Source: Raillietiella orientalis (lineage: Eukaryota). From it: DNA of 64,000 nucleotides. The stretch is taken from positions 6,138,001 to 6,202,000 of the forward strand of contig JAYWIR010000002.1 in assembly GCA_036172245.1 (NCBI GenBank), in the 5' to 3' direction. A program made the translations under genes and the position numbers. The stretch's first letter is position 1. Every line of letters begins with the position of its first letter. Shown here in pieces: positions 49,422-62,959 of this stretch. The notes beneath the pieces are model-generated. The model did not search any database and was not told where the DNA came from. It saw only the letters and a program-made list of their open reading frames with translations.

Positions 49422-49732
49422 GTGTCCTGAAGCTCGTTAGCGCCACCCCCTGCCCGTCCTGGAAGACGTCCGTGCTGCGCAGGGGATCCCTGCCCTCCCG
49501 CCTCAGGAAGGACGCCGGCTCGCTCCTGGAAATCGTGCATTCTGTGATACTAGGTACACCCACGCCGGGGAGGGCCGCAGCGGCTGGCCGCAGCTGCTTT
49601 CTAGGAGCCGGCAAAGAGCAGCGGCTGCTGCTGGCCTCCGACGCGGCGCGCGGCGGCGCGCCCTACGGGGAGTGGCGAGGCGGCGGCGAGGACCATTCCG
49701 CAGACGTCGACCTGTTCCCCTGTGTGTGCTGA
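49422..49732 (+). CDS. PDE7: Possible alternative terminal exon of the PDE7-like gene (GVLKLVSATPCPSWKTSVLRRGSLP...DLFPCVC*)
   Basis: A 44-nt intron 49378-49421 (GTTAGC...GAAAG) would remove the TAG at 49380 and continue in frame into a second LRRGSLP motif. The acceptor is weak. An optional in-frame 51-nt intron is possible at 49554-49604. Confidence 0.45.
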
Positions 49733-52700
49733 CGCGCGCGGGTCCCCGCCCCCACGCCCTCACGCCCGCCCTACCCCCCGTTTTCCGCTTCTGAAGAATA
49801 CAGATTCGTTTTGCTTGTTTTCCCCCGCCTGTTTCTCTGCGCAGGGGAGGCGGGGAGCAGGCGGGAAAGAGCTCTCTTTCCAACTCTTCTCGACACTCCC
49901 CCGGTCCCTCCTGCCCGGGAGACGAGCCTCCCTCCCCGAAAGGGAACGTCCTCGTCGGTGACCACCGCCAGCTCTTCCTTTTCTCTCCCTCTTTCTCTCT
50001 CTCTCTCTCTCTCTCTCACTCCCCCCACCCACCCAACACTCCGCTCGCCGTCGCACTAGAGCACCTCCACCCGAGCAGGTAGCCGATTGGTAGCCAGACG
50101 GACCCCGTTTCCCCCCTCCCCCTCAGGGTAAATTCCCCCTTCCGGCCCGTCTGGCGTTCCATCCTGGCTCCCCGATACCCTCCCTGCCCCGCAAACCGAG
50201 GGCGCGCCCGCACCTTACAGAGAGTGTCCCCGCGGGAACCACGATTTTCCTGGCGGAGGACCGAAGGAGTTGGGAGGCGCGTGGGACGGGTCCGAGAATT
50301 CGATGGAACCCTCCGATCGGCGCCGCCTCTGCTGCCGACGTCACCGCCCGCTTCACGCGCGGTCACCGCGAGCGTCCCTTGTGGCCCGGCGGGGAGGGCG
50401 GCAACGGGCCCTCTGGTGCGCGCGTGGCGGAAGGCAAGGGTTGCATTTCTGTGGCAGCCGTCGCGCGCAAGCGCGCCCCCTCTCCTTCCTCCTAAGCAGC
50501 TCCAACCCAGCGCGGATCGGCAGAAGGGGGCAAACCACAAAACGCGGGGGGGAGGGAAGCGCGTGCGCGCCCGGGAGGACCGGAAGTCGCTCGGCGCGCG
50601 GACGATTCGCGCGGTTCCCCCGCCGGCGGCTCAGCCGGTCGCCTCGCGAAGCCGCGGCGCGGCGTTCTTGTCTGCGAGCGGGACGCGTTCACGGCACCCT
50701 GGGCTCCTCGATGCGCCTCCGGAACGGGAGCGAGAGGGCGGGTGTCTCCTCCCGGGTTCGTTCAGGCGCCTGGGGAGGCGGGAGAGAGGAAAGGGACCGT
50801 GCGGGACGAGGCCCGGCGGCGGAAAACGTGTTCGAAGGAACCCGAAGAATCGACGAGACGCCCGGGCGAGCGATGTTCGGGGGCGCAGGGAATGGGGCGA
50901 CGCGTCCGTCTCGTTATCGGACGCCTTCCTAACGGTGGGGGGAAGAGGAGGAGGGAAGGGGGCGTTTGTTGCCTTCGTCGCAGGGGCGGATTCGGGCCGC
51001 AATGTTGCGGACGAAATCCGGTGGCTCGAGAACGGACGAAAGAACCCGCGCAATCGCGAAACCCGTCGCGCAGCGCGCAGCAAGTCAATCGGGAGGGGGA
51101 GGGAGGGAGGCTCCCGACACACACCCACACACCTAGCGCGGTCGAGGGAAGGAGGAGGCGGGAGGAGCAGAGCCATCCCCTAGGAAGTGCATCTGCCGCG
51201 TAAGTGTTGCCTAACCGGCTGCGGTCGCATCGAGCGGCTGCAATTTGATCCCCCGTGCCGCCGCCGCGCACTCCAGCTCCGCTCCTCGGCTCGTTGTCAT
51301 GTGAACGGCGTTGCCAACTCCTCGCGATGGCGGTCGTTTTCGCTCTTCCGTTCCATTCATCTCAGCACGCTGCAATCCGGCACGACCTCCCGTCTCGCTT
51401 CCAGAACACGCCTGTCCACGAGCTCGTGCCGCGGGGTAAACCAAAGGGAATCCGGCTCGCCCCAAGTGACCCCGTGCAAGCGGGAGGGGGAAGGGCACCC
51501 GTGAAAAACGGCCTTTCTCCCGTCCGCGCAGAGGGCGCACGCGCGCACGTCGCCGACGCTTCTGCCAGGCACTCACCCACCTACCCCGTCACCCGCATCC
51601 CGCCACGGCTCGCGCGTTCTTTCTGCTCCTTTGCGCCCCCCCCCCCCCCCTTCTTCTCGGCTCTTCTTCCCCTCCTACGTTCACGGACGGAAGGGCAGGG
51701 ATGACGCGAGCGGCCCTCCCCGTCCGTTCAGTTCCCCGATCTTCAATCTGCCGTCGTCATAATTACCTCCTGAGCGCCTCGGAGCGCGATCACTCCGGAC
51801 GGTGCCCTCCTAGCAGGTCTGCTCGACTTTCATCGATGGAACTGGTTCATAAACCACGCTTCTCTGACACGCCAGCGCTGGTTCGCGCTGATTTATTGAA
51901 GGATTCGTGCGCGTCCTGCAGGCAGACGGGACGGCAAGCAGAGGCCGGCGGCCCGGGCGGCATGCGCGCGCGCAGGGCAGTTGCCGAGATCGGGGGGAGG
52001 GGGGAGGGGGAAGCGAGCTCCGGGAAGCCGGAGGGATGGCAACGGAGAAACCGGGGAGCTCTAGGAAGTCGCCCGCGGCGACAGGCCAAGCGCATCGTTG
52101 GCTCCGTGAAAACGCCACGTCCTGTCGGGATGAGGTTCCAGACAGCAGCTTGGGCTTCCGCATCCTTCCATCTGGAGAGCGCTTTCATCGCCGCACGCGC
52201 ATGGCGCTCGGAATAGGAGGAGAGCCAGGTTCTTCCCGCTCAGGGGAGGATGACCCCCCGTCCGAGCTCGGCACCGCCAGGCGTCGCGGGTTCCAATCCC
52301 GCACGGGGACAGATCGACGGCCAGAGAAACGGAGGGCGCTCCGTTTGGTTGCAAGTCACCCCGCTAGATGACACAGGTTGGTCTATTCGGTGAGACACCG
52401 GTGGACGCCGGATGCCCCCGTTAACTGGTCGGGATTGGAAGTTGAAGTTGATTGACCCAGGACATCCAGGAGCACCTGTTCCCTTCGGGGTTATCCGGTC
52501 TTGAAAATGGGGCCACGCCAAGGAGCTGGTCGATACCCCCTCGGGGGATGGCTCCTCCAGAGTGCATGAAGCGCGCTACTCCCTTAGGGGTCGTCTTCAG
52601 AGGAAGGAACCAGGAGCTGATCCTTTCGAGGGGATCACCAAGGCGAGCTCCGGAACCTTCCTGGACTCAGGACGATGGCTCCTCCTGGGTGCGCTTTCAG

Positions 52701-55700
52701 CTTGAAGAGCTAATACGCACCCTCAGAGGGTGGCGTAGGCAGCGTTCGGGACCCCCCGCTAAGGAGACCGAGGAGGGTTTTTCGGGACTTCTTGGGAAGA
52801 AAAAAAAAAGATAAAAAAGCTGAAAGGGAAGCAGCGAAAACAGGAGAAGCCAACAGGATTACCTGCGCGAGGTTTCCAAAACGACGCGGCCGGAGCGGAG
52901 GGGTCGGGCTGCTCCCGCCACGTTGCCGAGGAAACACTCGGGTGAAGGCGTGGTCGGCTCCACGAAGAGAAGCGGTCGAGTCTGCTTCCTCAGTGTAGCT
53001 GAGGGAGGGCAGGGGCAGGGGCTCGTAGAGTCGACCCTCTCGAGATAATGGGAAAGTGGTAATATGGAGCGTTCCCGGAGAAATGCGCAGTTGCGCGCGC
53101 CAGAGCGGGGACCGAGTGGCGTCAGATGCGCGCTTTCGATCCCGCCGCGACGGAAAGCGAGGACGATGCGCGGTCGGCAGCCACTCGGGGAAAAATGCCC
53201 CGCCGCGCAGATGGTCCTCGCGTGCTGCGGGGAAATTCCCGCCGCAGAGAGCTCGGGGGTGGGGCTCCCGAGCCCCTGGCAGCAGCGGACCCCGGCCCCG
53301 CTTCGGGACGCGCTGGTCGAAGAGGAGAAAAGCAGACCGGGCGGGAGGGACAGCAGCACCTCCTGCCGGCGGCACTCCGCACTCGCCGGCGCAGCAATGC
53401 GCGCAGAAGCTCCGCGAAGACCTGGCGACGATGCGCGCGCGGTCCTGTCTCTCCCCCTCCACACTTCGAAGCGCGAGTGCAGTCAGGACCCCTTAGAATA
53501 GGTCGGCCAGAGAGCGCCGAAGTGCCTCCCCTCCGCATCGGGGGAGAGGGGGGAGTCTCGTTCTGAAGATGCGCTGCCGCACTCGCCATGACCACCGCTC
53601 ACCCTTGACAGACGAAGACGAATGCGACATGGCTCCTGGGAGGGCGGCACCTGGGCTCTGACGGCACGCAGTTTCTTGCGTGCTGCCCCCCCTTACCCCC
53701 CCCCCCAAGGAAGTGGCGGACGGTTCTTCAGGACTTCTTGAGAATTAAAAAAAAAAAAAAAGCTGGAAGGGAAGCAGCGGTGACAGAAGGAGAACCCGAA
53801 AGGATTGACTGCTCGGGGTTTCCCAGCCGACGCGGCCGCGGTGGAGGGGTTGCTTCTGCATCCGCCCTGGACTCTGAACGCGCGCGCTTCAGCTCCACAA
53901 GCGAAGAGCAGAGAAAGGTTTTGCTTTTCGTTCCTTCCTTCCCTGATCGCCAGGTTTCTTGCACCACCCTTCTCTGCCGTTCCTCGGATCCCGCGTGTGA
54001 AAGAAAAGAAAAAAAATGGGGCAGGGGACACCTGCCCCTCAGGCAAACCGTCTGAGGGGTAAACAGCGCCGAGATGGATCATTTGGGAGTCCACCAGCCT
54101 AGTATCTCGGGGCGCGCCGATGGCAGGCCTCCAAGCCGCACCGATCCGCGTGATTTTGGGGTAGGTCACGGAACACCCGACCCTCCGGTCATCCCGCTAA
54201 GTGCAGGAGAATCCACTCGCGAACGACAGCAACGAGGCACCGACAGGTGGAGGTGGCGCAACCGGTCGGAAACGGCTCGCGAGCCATGCGCTCAGTTCCA
54301 TGGTCGACCTCCTCCTTCAGCTGATGTTACGGCGCCTTCCATGTCCCCAGTTTGCTTCCACCTCACGATGCGTGATCGTCGACCACCATCATCACTCCGC
54401 TGTTGCTCTTTCTCGACCACCGCTCCCGGCCGCGGAAGGCATGAAAGAAGGCGGTCGTTCGCTCGCACGGGTTCCTCTCAGCCCGCTCGGCCTTCTTCGT
54501 CCCGGTCCTTCTGGGCTCCACCTTCGCGCCATTCAGGCGCTTCCACGGCTCCACTGTCTGTCCACCTTCGGAATGATCGCCTCTGGCGTTTGCTTTCCCC
54601 TCGACTCCAGAATTCTTCGCGTCTGGGATCTTCGGTGGGGAGACGTCTCCTGACCCTCAGGGGACCGGTGTCGGCTGATGGGCGTTCCTTCCGCGCCTGC
54701 GACTTCCCGGAGGACCGAAGGAAGAAGGGGAAGAAGAGAGCGAGGCTTCTGGAATGCGCTGCACCCTCGGGCGTGTCTTCTTTGCCGTGGTGCCTGGACA
54801 GGCAGCTGTCGCTCCCCACCTTGGACAGACGGAAACCACGCGTCCCCGGCACTGCCCTGGGAACCAAAAGGAAAAGAAGAAGAAACAGTCGATCCGCGGC
54901 AATAGATCAAGACTGACGGGCGAAGCTCGACGGCCAGCCTAAGAAGTCTCCACCTCTCCTCCCGGCAGCTGCTGTTGGCCGCATTGCCCGCTCCGCGCGT
55001 AGGTATTTCTTGCAGGCCGTCTTCCCTGACTGCTTCGGGGAGCTTTCCGTGGCGGCCGCTGCAGCTTCCCGTCTGGCGCTCCCGCCGCGGAGGTTTGACG
55101 GTGCGAACCGCGAGAGTCAATCAGAGCAAGAGTGGAAATCACGCCGCCACCCACCCACCCACCCCTCTCCGGTATGGGCACCGTCCCGTCAGGGAGACCA
55201 CAGGAAGCTGAAGGCGTGAGGCAGTTCTGGAAGGAGGGTGAACAAGGCGGCGTCAGCCGGAAACTTCTGCTTCTTGCTTCTGCTCGGGAAAGCTCGGTCT
55301 TCTGCGGAGCTGCGGCAGCGGAAGATGCGGCCTCGCTCTCCTTCCTGGAGCCGGAGAAAGACAGCCATGCTGCTGCCAGTGATGCAGCCAGGTGACCGCC
55401 CTCATTCTCAGACAGGGAAAGGTGGGCGGGCAGTCCAGCCAAGACATGGAGCTGCCTCTCTTGGAGGCCTGCCATCGACGACGGGCAGGCGTGACCCCCC
55501 GGAGGACAAGGAGGTCGCCTTGTCCTCCTTCTCCTTCTCTCTCCCTCCCATCTCTCAGGACAAGGCGACCGCGCGCGCCTTCCAAACACGGGGGCTTCAT
55601 CTCCTCCCACTTAGGGACACGCGACGGACTTCTTCCTTGAGGGTAACTGGAGAGAAGCGACCGGATGGCTCCGACGGAGCGGCTACCTTCCCGATGTTCG

Positions 55701-58700
55701 ATCTCGCAGATGCTGCCGCCGTCGCAGCAGGTCTTTCACGTCAGCATTCCTGGGCTGGGACGGGCAATCGATCTTTCCGCCTGCTTGCCCGCGGGCCGAG
55801 GTGTCTCGCAAAATTGGCGTCATCGTGTCGCAAGAGGCAGCGCGTCGTCCACGCGATGGCCAGCTCGCACGGCGCCCTTCTCAGCGCTCGTTGCAATTGG
55901 CGACACGGAAGGCACACGCTTCTGCCCCAGCTGGTGCTGCTGCCGGCATTCCATCTGGAAAACGGAGGCGACACTGGCCGATTCCGAGGTCGTTGAGGTC
56001 CTCGTGCGCATGAAGATCCAAGCTGCCTCCGAGAACTTGCAAGCGATCCAGAGCTTGTCCCTACCTCCCGTTTTGGACGGCCGAGGCGGCTGCGTGCACA
56101 CCTCCGCGAGTGCGAATGGCACGCTGGTCGGGGAGGGGGGCTTTGCACCCTGAGGGGCCGCAGATGGGACATAGTACTCCCGAACGCCGCCACCCTCGAG
56201 GAGGAGAGGTCGGAAAAACGAGAGAAGGGACGGCGTGGTCCTCAGAGGTCAGCTCCGAGATAAAGAGCTGGGCACATCGCAAGGGCCGCGAGCGAGAAGT
56301 GCGCATCCTACGAAAGGCACCAAAGACTTGCGAAGCAGCAATCCTTGCGCGCCGCTGTCCTGCGTGCACCAGCACCTTGGAACTGCCTCTCATCACGATC
56401 TCGGGGCCTCGATAGGGCCGTGTTCGTGGAGACTGGCCCCGCACTCTACCTTCCTGGTTCCTGGGCTTTCTTTCTGTTGATTTTGATTTTCCCACCCACC
56501 CCACTCCCACTGCCCGTCTGGCTCGAGTGGAGGAGGAGAGGAAGAAAAGAAAAGGAGGAGGTCCTTCTTCCCTCCCTCCACCCTCCCTCCTCCTCCTCTT
56601 CTCCCGCCTGGCTCGGAAGACCTCAGCACCGGTTCCATGGCTTCGCTCGCTCTGCGCGTCGAAGACGTCGTAGAATTCGTTCAAGCTGTCTTGGCACTCT
56701 CGTACCTTCGGATTTCCGTGCCATGGGCAGACGGGACTGCCTTTCGCTTACAGAAAAAATCGATCTCGTTCCCGCTGTCCGGGTAGTGTGGAGGGAGGGG
56801 GGTCGCTGCCGCCCGGTGGTTGGTTGGTTGGTTGGTTGGTACGAGGTGCGCACATCTCTCCGCTGTGCCCCCCCTCCCCAGCCGGGATGCTCCTCTTGGC
56901 CCGTTTCTCCTTTTCTCAGGGAAGGGAAGCCTCTGCCAGCGATTGCCTGCGGGCGCAAAACAATCCAAAAAAAAGAGCAGGGGCCTCAGGAGTGACACTG
57001 TGCGCCGCGGCCCACGAGCTGCGGCCTCCCCGCTCGCGAAGGGGGGGAAGGGGGAGGAAGAGGCAGAACAAAGGTAGCAGAAGAAGACGCACGCGCAGCA
57101 AGTCGTCGGCAGCTATTTCCCCGTCAAGCAATTCGCCCACGGACGTGCGGCTGCGGCGTCATGCGCGCCGAGGGCCGAAATCATTCCGACCGAAGTAATG
57201 GTGTCCCGTTCCAGCATCCCCACTGTGGTACCCACAGGGCCCCGTTCGCTCTCCTCCCCCGAAGTGCAGCCGTCGAATCACCCTGAGCCTTCAGGCTTTG
57301 ACGTGCGTGCTTCACCTGACCGGGGCGCGGCGCTACCACGGGCCGTGCGTGCAACCCTCCACGATTCTCTGCAAAGAACGAGCCAAAGATGCTTACTAGG
57401 AGGGCGAGCGTGTCTTTGCCGACCTCATGGAATGAACCGGGCATGGTCACTTTGCTTTAGCCTACTCGGCGTGGGTAGGCTTGCAGCGAAGGTGAGCTCC
57501 AGAGAAGAAAAGGAATAGCCTCATCTGAGCGCCTGCAAATTCCACCTCGGTTCCGCGTAGGTGTAGCAAAGTCTTCGTCGCGCTTGCACGGCCAGACACG
57601 TCAGGGGGATCGGCGAGGAAAGCGTGCCTTCGATCTGGCTTTCCCCTTCCTTTGTCAGCAACCGTGATAATGGCACCTATCCACGAGCGAGCCGATCAAG
57701 GGGATCGGGAAGAAGAGGGGTTCGCTCGGTGGTTGGTGAACGAATCGATCGGGGTCGATCGGTGGCGGCTCGCTGGTTTGGCGAGCAGCAAGAGGACCTG
57801 CGTTGAAGCAAATTTTCTGTTCTCAAGGCCGAACTTCCTCCTTCTCTCTTCCTCCTCGCCTTCCTGACGTTCGGAAATGGCAGAGGGTTGCGAGGCTCTT
57901 CCGACGAAGTGACGACACCCTCCCGTTGCTATTTCGGTCACTTGAGGATCCCTCTGGTTTCCCTTGGCGTCCGACGTGCTTCAGATGAACCTCGAAGTGT
58001 CACGAACGCGGTGAAAAGGAAAAGAAACTTGACAGTGCGTGCTCCCCCCCTTGCTCCCCCTCCTCCCGTTGCACGGAACATCCCGAAGACGAGAAAGCAG
58101 TGGTGGATTGGCGGTCTGGGAGCCCATGGGCACAAACAAGCAGGGAGAGAGAGAGACGTGCCGCTGCCGCCGAACTTCTACCGTAGAAATGGTGCGCGCT
58201 CATCCGCCGGATGCGCTTGGCTGCAGAGTGACTCGACAGTGCGCGTGAACTTGCAATTATCTGTGGGGAGGAGGCGCTGCAACTCTTCGGGAACTTTCAT
58301 CTCCTCGCTCAAGCGGAACTGGCGCCGCTTACCGCCATTCTTCCATGTTTGGGAAGCGCTCAAATTTTCTGAAACGCGTTGTCTTCCTCTCTCCTCCCCT
58401 CTTCCCTCTCTCTCCCTCCCCCTCCTCCTCCTTCTCCCTGTATCTTTCTTTCCCTCTTTGAGCGCGCGTCTCTCTTCTCTCTCCTCTCGGCTTTCGTCGA
58501 AAGGAAAAGCTGGGAGAACACGCTTTGCTGAGAACGGTTCTCGCATCTGGTCGGGCAGCTTCTTTCTTGCGAGGCAGAAGACCGCGAGGATGTGAGCAGT
58601 CGGGCAGAGCATCTGCTGCGGTGGAGCCACTCGAAGGGCTGCTGCTGCGTGCAGCTGTTTCTCCGTGGAAGACCCGTCGGCTCCAGCAGCGTACGAACGG

Positions 58701-60769
58701 CGCGCTCAGTATGAGCCGAAGGTGTAAGCCGACCAACGATGCCAGAAACGCGTGGAGCCAACGCGACGGGCGCCGCTGCTCGTCCCTCCTCCCCTCCCCC
58801 TCAGCCCTGAAAATCGAAAAAACAAAAATGGAAAATCTGCAAACGCAGCGTGCGGATCCAACAGAAAGCGAAGGGAGGCGGCGCACCGGCACTTCCGGCT
58901 GGAAGAGCGCGCGGCGCGTCCGACGAGCGGCCGGCCGAGCGCGCGCGCCCTGGCGGCCGCCCCAGAGTTTGCCTTTCCGGGCACTTCCTTGCGTGCCTTT
59001 TGCCCGCGATAAGTGGCTGCGATAAAAACGGAATGGGGTGATGATGATCAGGGAGAGATGGGTGACGCTGCCTGCCTGCTCGGCATTGCGTGGACTTCAT
59101 CCAGGGCCGGCCGGCGCAGTGATGAGTTACTCGGGCTGATCAATGATTCATCAGCTCAGGAGACACTTGGGCGAGTTCTTTCGGTCGTTTGTCACCGATA
59201 GGACGAGACTGTCCTCCGGTCAAAAAAAAGAAAAGAAAAGCAAGAGGGTAATCGCCTTGCAAATAAAGAGGAATCGAAGCTTATGGCGTGCACAATTTTG
59301 CGGATGTATCACTTTCACTTTCCCTCGCTTCTTTCCGCCTTTCTTCCTTTCCTTCCTTCCTTCTTTTGACGCGAGGATGCGCTGCGAGCGTGGTCCCGCG
59401 GCGATCGGAACTGCGAACGGGAGAGGAGGTGGAGGAGGAGGTTCCTGAGCGCGACACCGGGAGGACGAGACCAGAAGACTCGATCGAGCATGGACCAAGA
59501 CGGCGTGCTGCTGATGATGGTTTCCTCGAGAAATCAGGGACGCGATCAACCAGCTGATTACACGAGGAGCAGACGCGTCCAATAAAGCAGAACGCGAGGA
59601 GCGCGCGCCTCTCTCTCGGGGAGCGGGCGAGCGGCTGGCTGCTTCCGGTACCGACTCCCCACTCGGAATTTCAATCGAAGGATGCACTTCTCTCTCCCTC
59701 CTCGTTCCCGCTTCGAGCGAAAAGCAGAGACGAACGGCGAGTTCGGACGGCTTCTGGACAACGCGCGACGCGAAATCGCCCTCGTGGCAAAACGCGATGC
59801 CGACTCCCGCCCGGAAGATGAGGCAGAGGTAGCAGCCTCCTCCCGCATCCAAGAGTACACTGGAACCGAGGATGCTCGCAATCGAAGGAAGAAGCGGCGG
59901 CAGCTCTCCCGAGATGCCACTCGCGCCCCGCCGCCTCCATTTAGAACCGTCCGCTCCGGCATGCCGGAACGGGTGGCGGAGGTGCTTGCGGTCCCTCCCG
60001 AAAAGCGGGCGTGGGCTCAAGTGAGCGGCAACACTGCACTGCTGCACTCTTGCGTGACGCTACACTGCGCGGTCCCCTGCTGAAAGCAAAAGGGAAAGCG
60101 CTTCGCGGAACATCAAGCAGCGCTCCAGTCCGTCCGCGGGGAGCAGGATGCAAACGGGATCGCTGCCACGAAGAGCATCAGCAGCGCTCCAGTTGGGAAG
60201 CGGACAGAACCTGTGAGAGCCTTCCTCACTGCCTGCGCTCCGAACCAGCCCCGGTGTCTTCACCCCCGGAGATCTCGCGTTTGGGAACGGAAGGTTTCAC
60301 CGCCACACGCGCCCGGAAGGATCGTTCGTGGGCGGCGACGGGAACGGCTGGAGCACCTCCTCACCGACCAGCAATCTCTTGGATGATGCACGGGAACCCG
60401 GCCATCCGTGCCTCACGCGAACTGGCGACTGGGAACGAATCATACCAACGGATCTCTCGGAAAGGGTGGGGGGAGGCTGGATAAATCATGCTCTCTCCCT
60501 TGGCTCGGAAAGTGCCCTGGTGGACACGCAGGCGCACTGCGCACGACTTTTGAGCGCGCCCTTTCTCTGGATTCCGCCTCTGGAGGAAGGTGGTGAGAAA
60601 GCAGTAGCATCCTGACTCGTCGGCACTTGAGAGACTGCGGCGGTGGGAACCTGGTCGCGACGAAGAAGGAAACACGAGCTCTCGGGTGGTGCGCTTAGAG
60701 CGGCGGTCACCTACCCTCCTCGCTTCGCGTGTGGCGGCGACGGCGCGCGGGCCACTACCATGACACCCC

Positions 60770-61025
60770 GGAGCTCTTAGGACAGGACCGCGCGGAACAA
60801 AAGAGGAAATGGCCGTCCCCCCTGCCCGAAAATTTATTTACGGGATTAGGCGGCCATCGCGAGAATCATGTGCTAGCAAGACACCGGCTGAGGAGAATGC
60901 AGATGGCCGCCTATCCACAGATGAGAAATTGGTACAGCATCCGTCGGGAGGAACGAAAAGCAACCGGACTCGTTAAAAGGATTGCTTCCTGATTGATTGC
61001 ACAGAAGAATAAGAAGAAGAAAGAC
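60770..61025 (+). mobile_element. Possible 3' end of an RTE-clade LINE
   Basis: KRGNGRP..IYL (cf. GKRxRGRP..Y), later RNW, ending in a GAAGAATAAGAAGAAGA tail. Confidence 0.35.
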
Positions 61026-61039
61026 ACGTAGCACTCATT

Positions 61040-61600
61040 CGGTGTAGACTCCGCATTGAATCCTCGGGCTTAACAACCTTCCGCGAGCACCAGGAGCGCT
61101 AAGGGAAAAGATGCAAGGACCCAGCCGCTCTTCCCTGGAGACACGAGCTCCCAGGAAGAAGAAAGTGCTCCGATGTCGGAACGCACCTCCCGTGATCGTA
61201 GGGAGCACTCGGAAACTGCACTCCGGTAGTTGGCGAGGTGGTGCGCGACCTGGGGCGGCGCGGGGAACAAACCCGAACGGTTCTTGCGGTGAGCTGCTGG
61301 AGCTTGTTCTTCCAAGCGCATCCTGGTGCTCCAGGATCCCTCCCCACGCCGCCGGAGGATTTTGTCCCGTAGCGCCGCTGCACCCCTCTTGTCTTGGAAT
61401 GGTGGGACGCCCAAATGCTCTAGAGGTCCAACTAACCTTCCAGCAATTGTACTCGGGCAGCAAACTTGGCCACACGAGGCCCAAGCGTGCAGCCCCGTGA
61501 GAAAAAACGCGTGCATCCCCTCTTCTCGTTGTCTCGTCCACATCATCCTTTCTGGTGAATCCGCCCCTCCACAATGCAACGCCGGTCATCATCATGTCCT
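61040..61600 (-). mobile_element. Decayed L1/Tx1-like RT fragment
   Basis: LEHLGVPPF..DKILRR..SWSTRMRL, PQVAHHLANY, RSTFFFLGARVSRE in order. Confidence 0.4.
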
Positions 61601-62959
61601 CCTCCCTCAACCGTCTCCGGGGACTCTCCTTGCTTGTGCAGCTGTCTCCTAGCGGGAAACTTAGCACAAAGCGCTGTTTGGGCGTCCTCGGCACACGTCA
61701 CGTCCAGAGGAAGACGGAGAAGCGTTGTACGTTGTACACCTTGACGCAAGTACCCCCCGTCGGCTTATCCCTGCCCTTCGGCTCCCAGACCATCCGAGCC
61801 CAGACGCATCTTACTCGGCCTCGTGCTCATGTCTGTGCGTCCCCTTGGCACGCTTCAGGAAACCAAAGTCGTCTCTGAGGTTCCTTGTGCCTCCAGGAAA
61901 ATGTATTTTTTTAAAAAAAAAGTTCAGGTCCAAGTTACATTTGGTTTTGGGAATGCTTTTGCACCGCTCTCTGACGTTCTCTTCTGCAAGCTGACTTGTT
62001 AGAACCGCCTGCTTGTTTGAAACCCCCGAGAGTTGTCCTTTTCCTCTGCTCACATCTCAGCTCCCAGTGTGAAGCGTTTTCCTCCCTTCTGATGAACACC
62101 GAGGAGGACCCTGAAGCAATCCCGGTGCTCGGGGTCTCCTAGGAAAGAAGCCTAATCCAAAATCTGCGGAGCGCCCCTTCGGTTAGGATATTCCTCTATA
62201 CCCCATTTCTGGATTGAAACGGAAAGGTCATTTTCTCCTCTGACAAAAGTCTCCCCTATGGCGCCCGGCATGGCATCACACAGCCAATTCCTTGCTGCAC
62301 AGTGCAGGAAAAACTCTTGGTGAGCCGCTGCCTTCTGCGAGATGTGCACGGAGAAGCCAGAAACAGGCACTCGCCCGTGTTGCAGACACTGAAATCAGGA
62401 CTTCTTTCTCCCTTACGGGTTTCTGAACCAAATACAAGTAACATGGTGATAAATAAAGATAACGATGGGGAAAAAAGTAGATGAGAGAGATTTTTTTTTT
62501 CTTCTAGAAAACAAAGCAAAATTCCTTTCCATTTTAATTTTCCACTTCGCATGCTGAAATAAGAACTTTCAATATGCAACGCTTAAAGATTAAAATAAAT
62601 TCAGGAGTCATAGATCCAGTCTCCACTAAACATCTGTTTTCAGACAAAATAATTACAAATAAAAATGAAAACAGCATCTCAACTTCAGCTCCGCTTGTAT
62701 GTCTGACGACTTTTTAGGGAAGTGTCCTACGGCTAGCCATGATGATTAAAGATGTTGCTTCCGAAAAACAGGTTGCTTGGTTGGAAACCGACACTCAAAT
62801 TTCAAGGAGCACGGTGTTGCGCTGAAGTCAAGCAAACTTGGGAGATCTTGGCGCCTCGTCCTTGTAAACAGCGGAACCCAAATTCATTAAAAGAACGAGC
62901 TATTTTCGAGCAACCACTTTTCATCTGTTTGCATTAATTGCTTTTTTTTTTTTTTTTTT

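Noticed and set aside
52254..52310. tRNA-like T-arm GCGGGTTCCAATCCCGC
   Set aside because: No A-box or D arm and too short for a cloverleaf.
55750..56060. pogo/Tigger DDE remnant on the minus strand
   Set aside because: Needs several frameshifts; catalytic motifs not recoverable.
60330..60560. APE endonuclease remnant
   Set aside because: Key GDFN and SDH motifs are not found.
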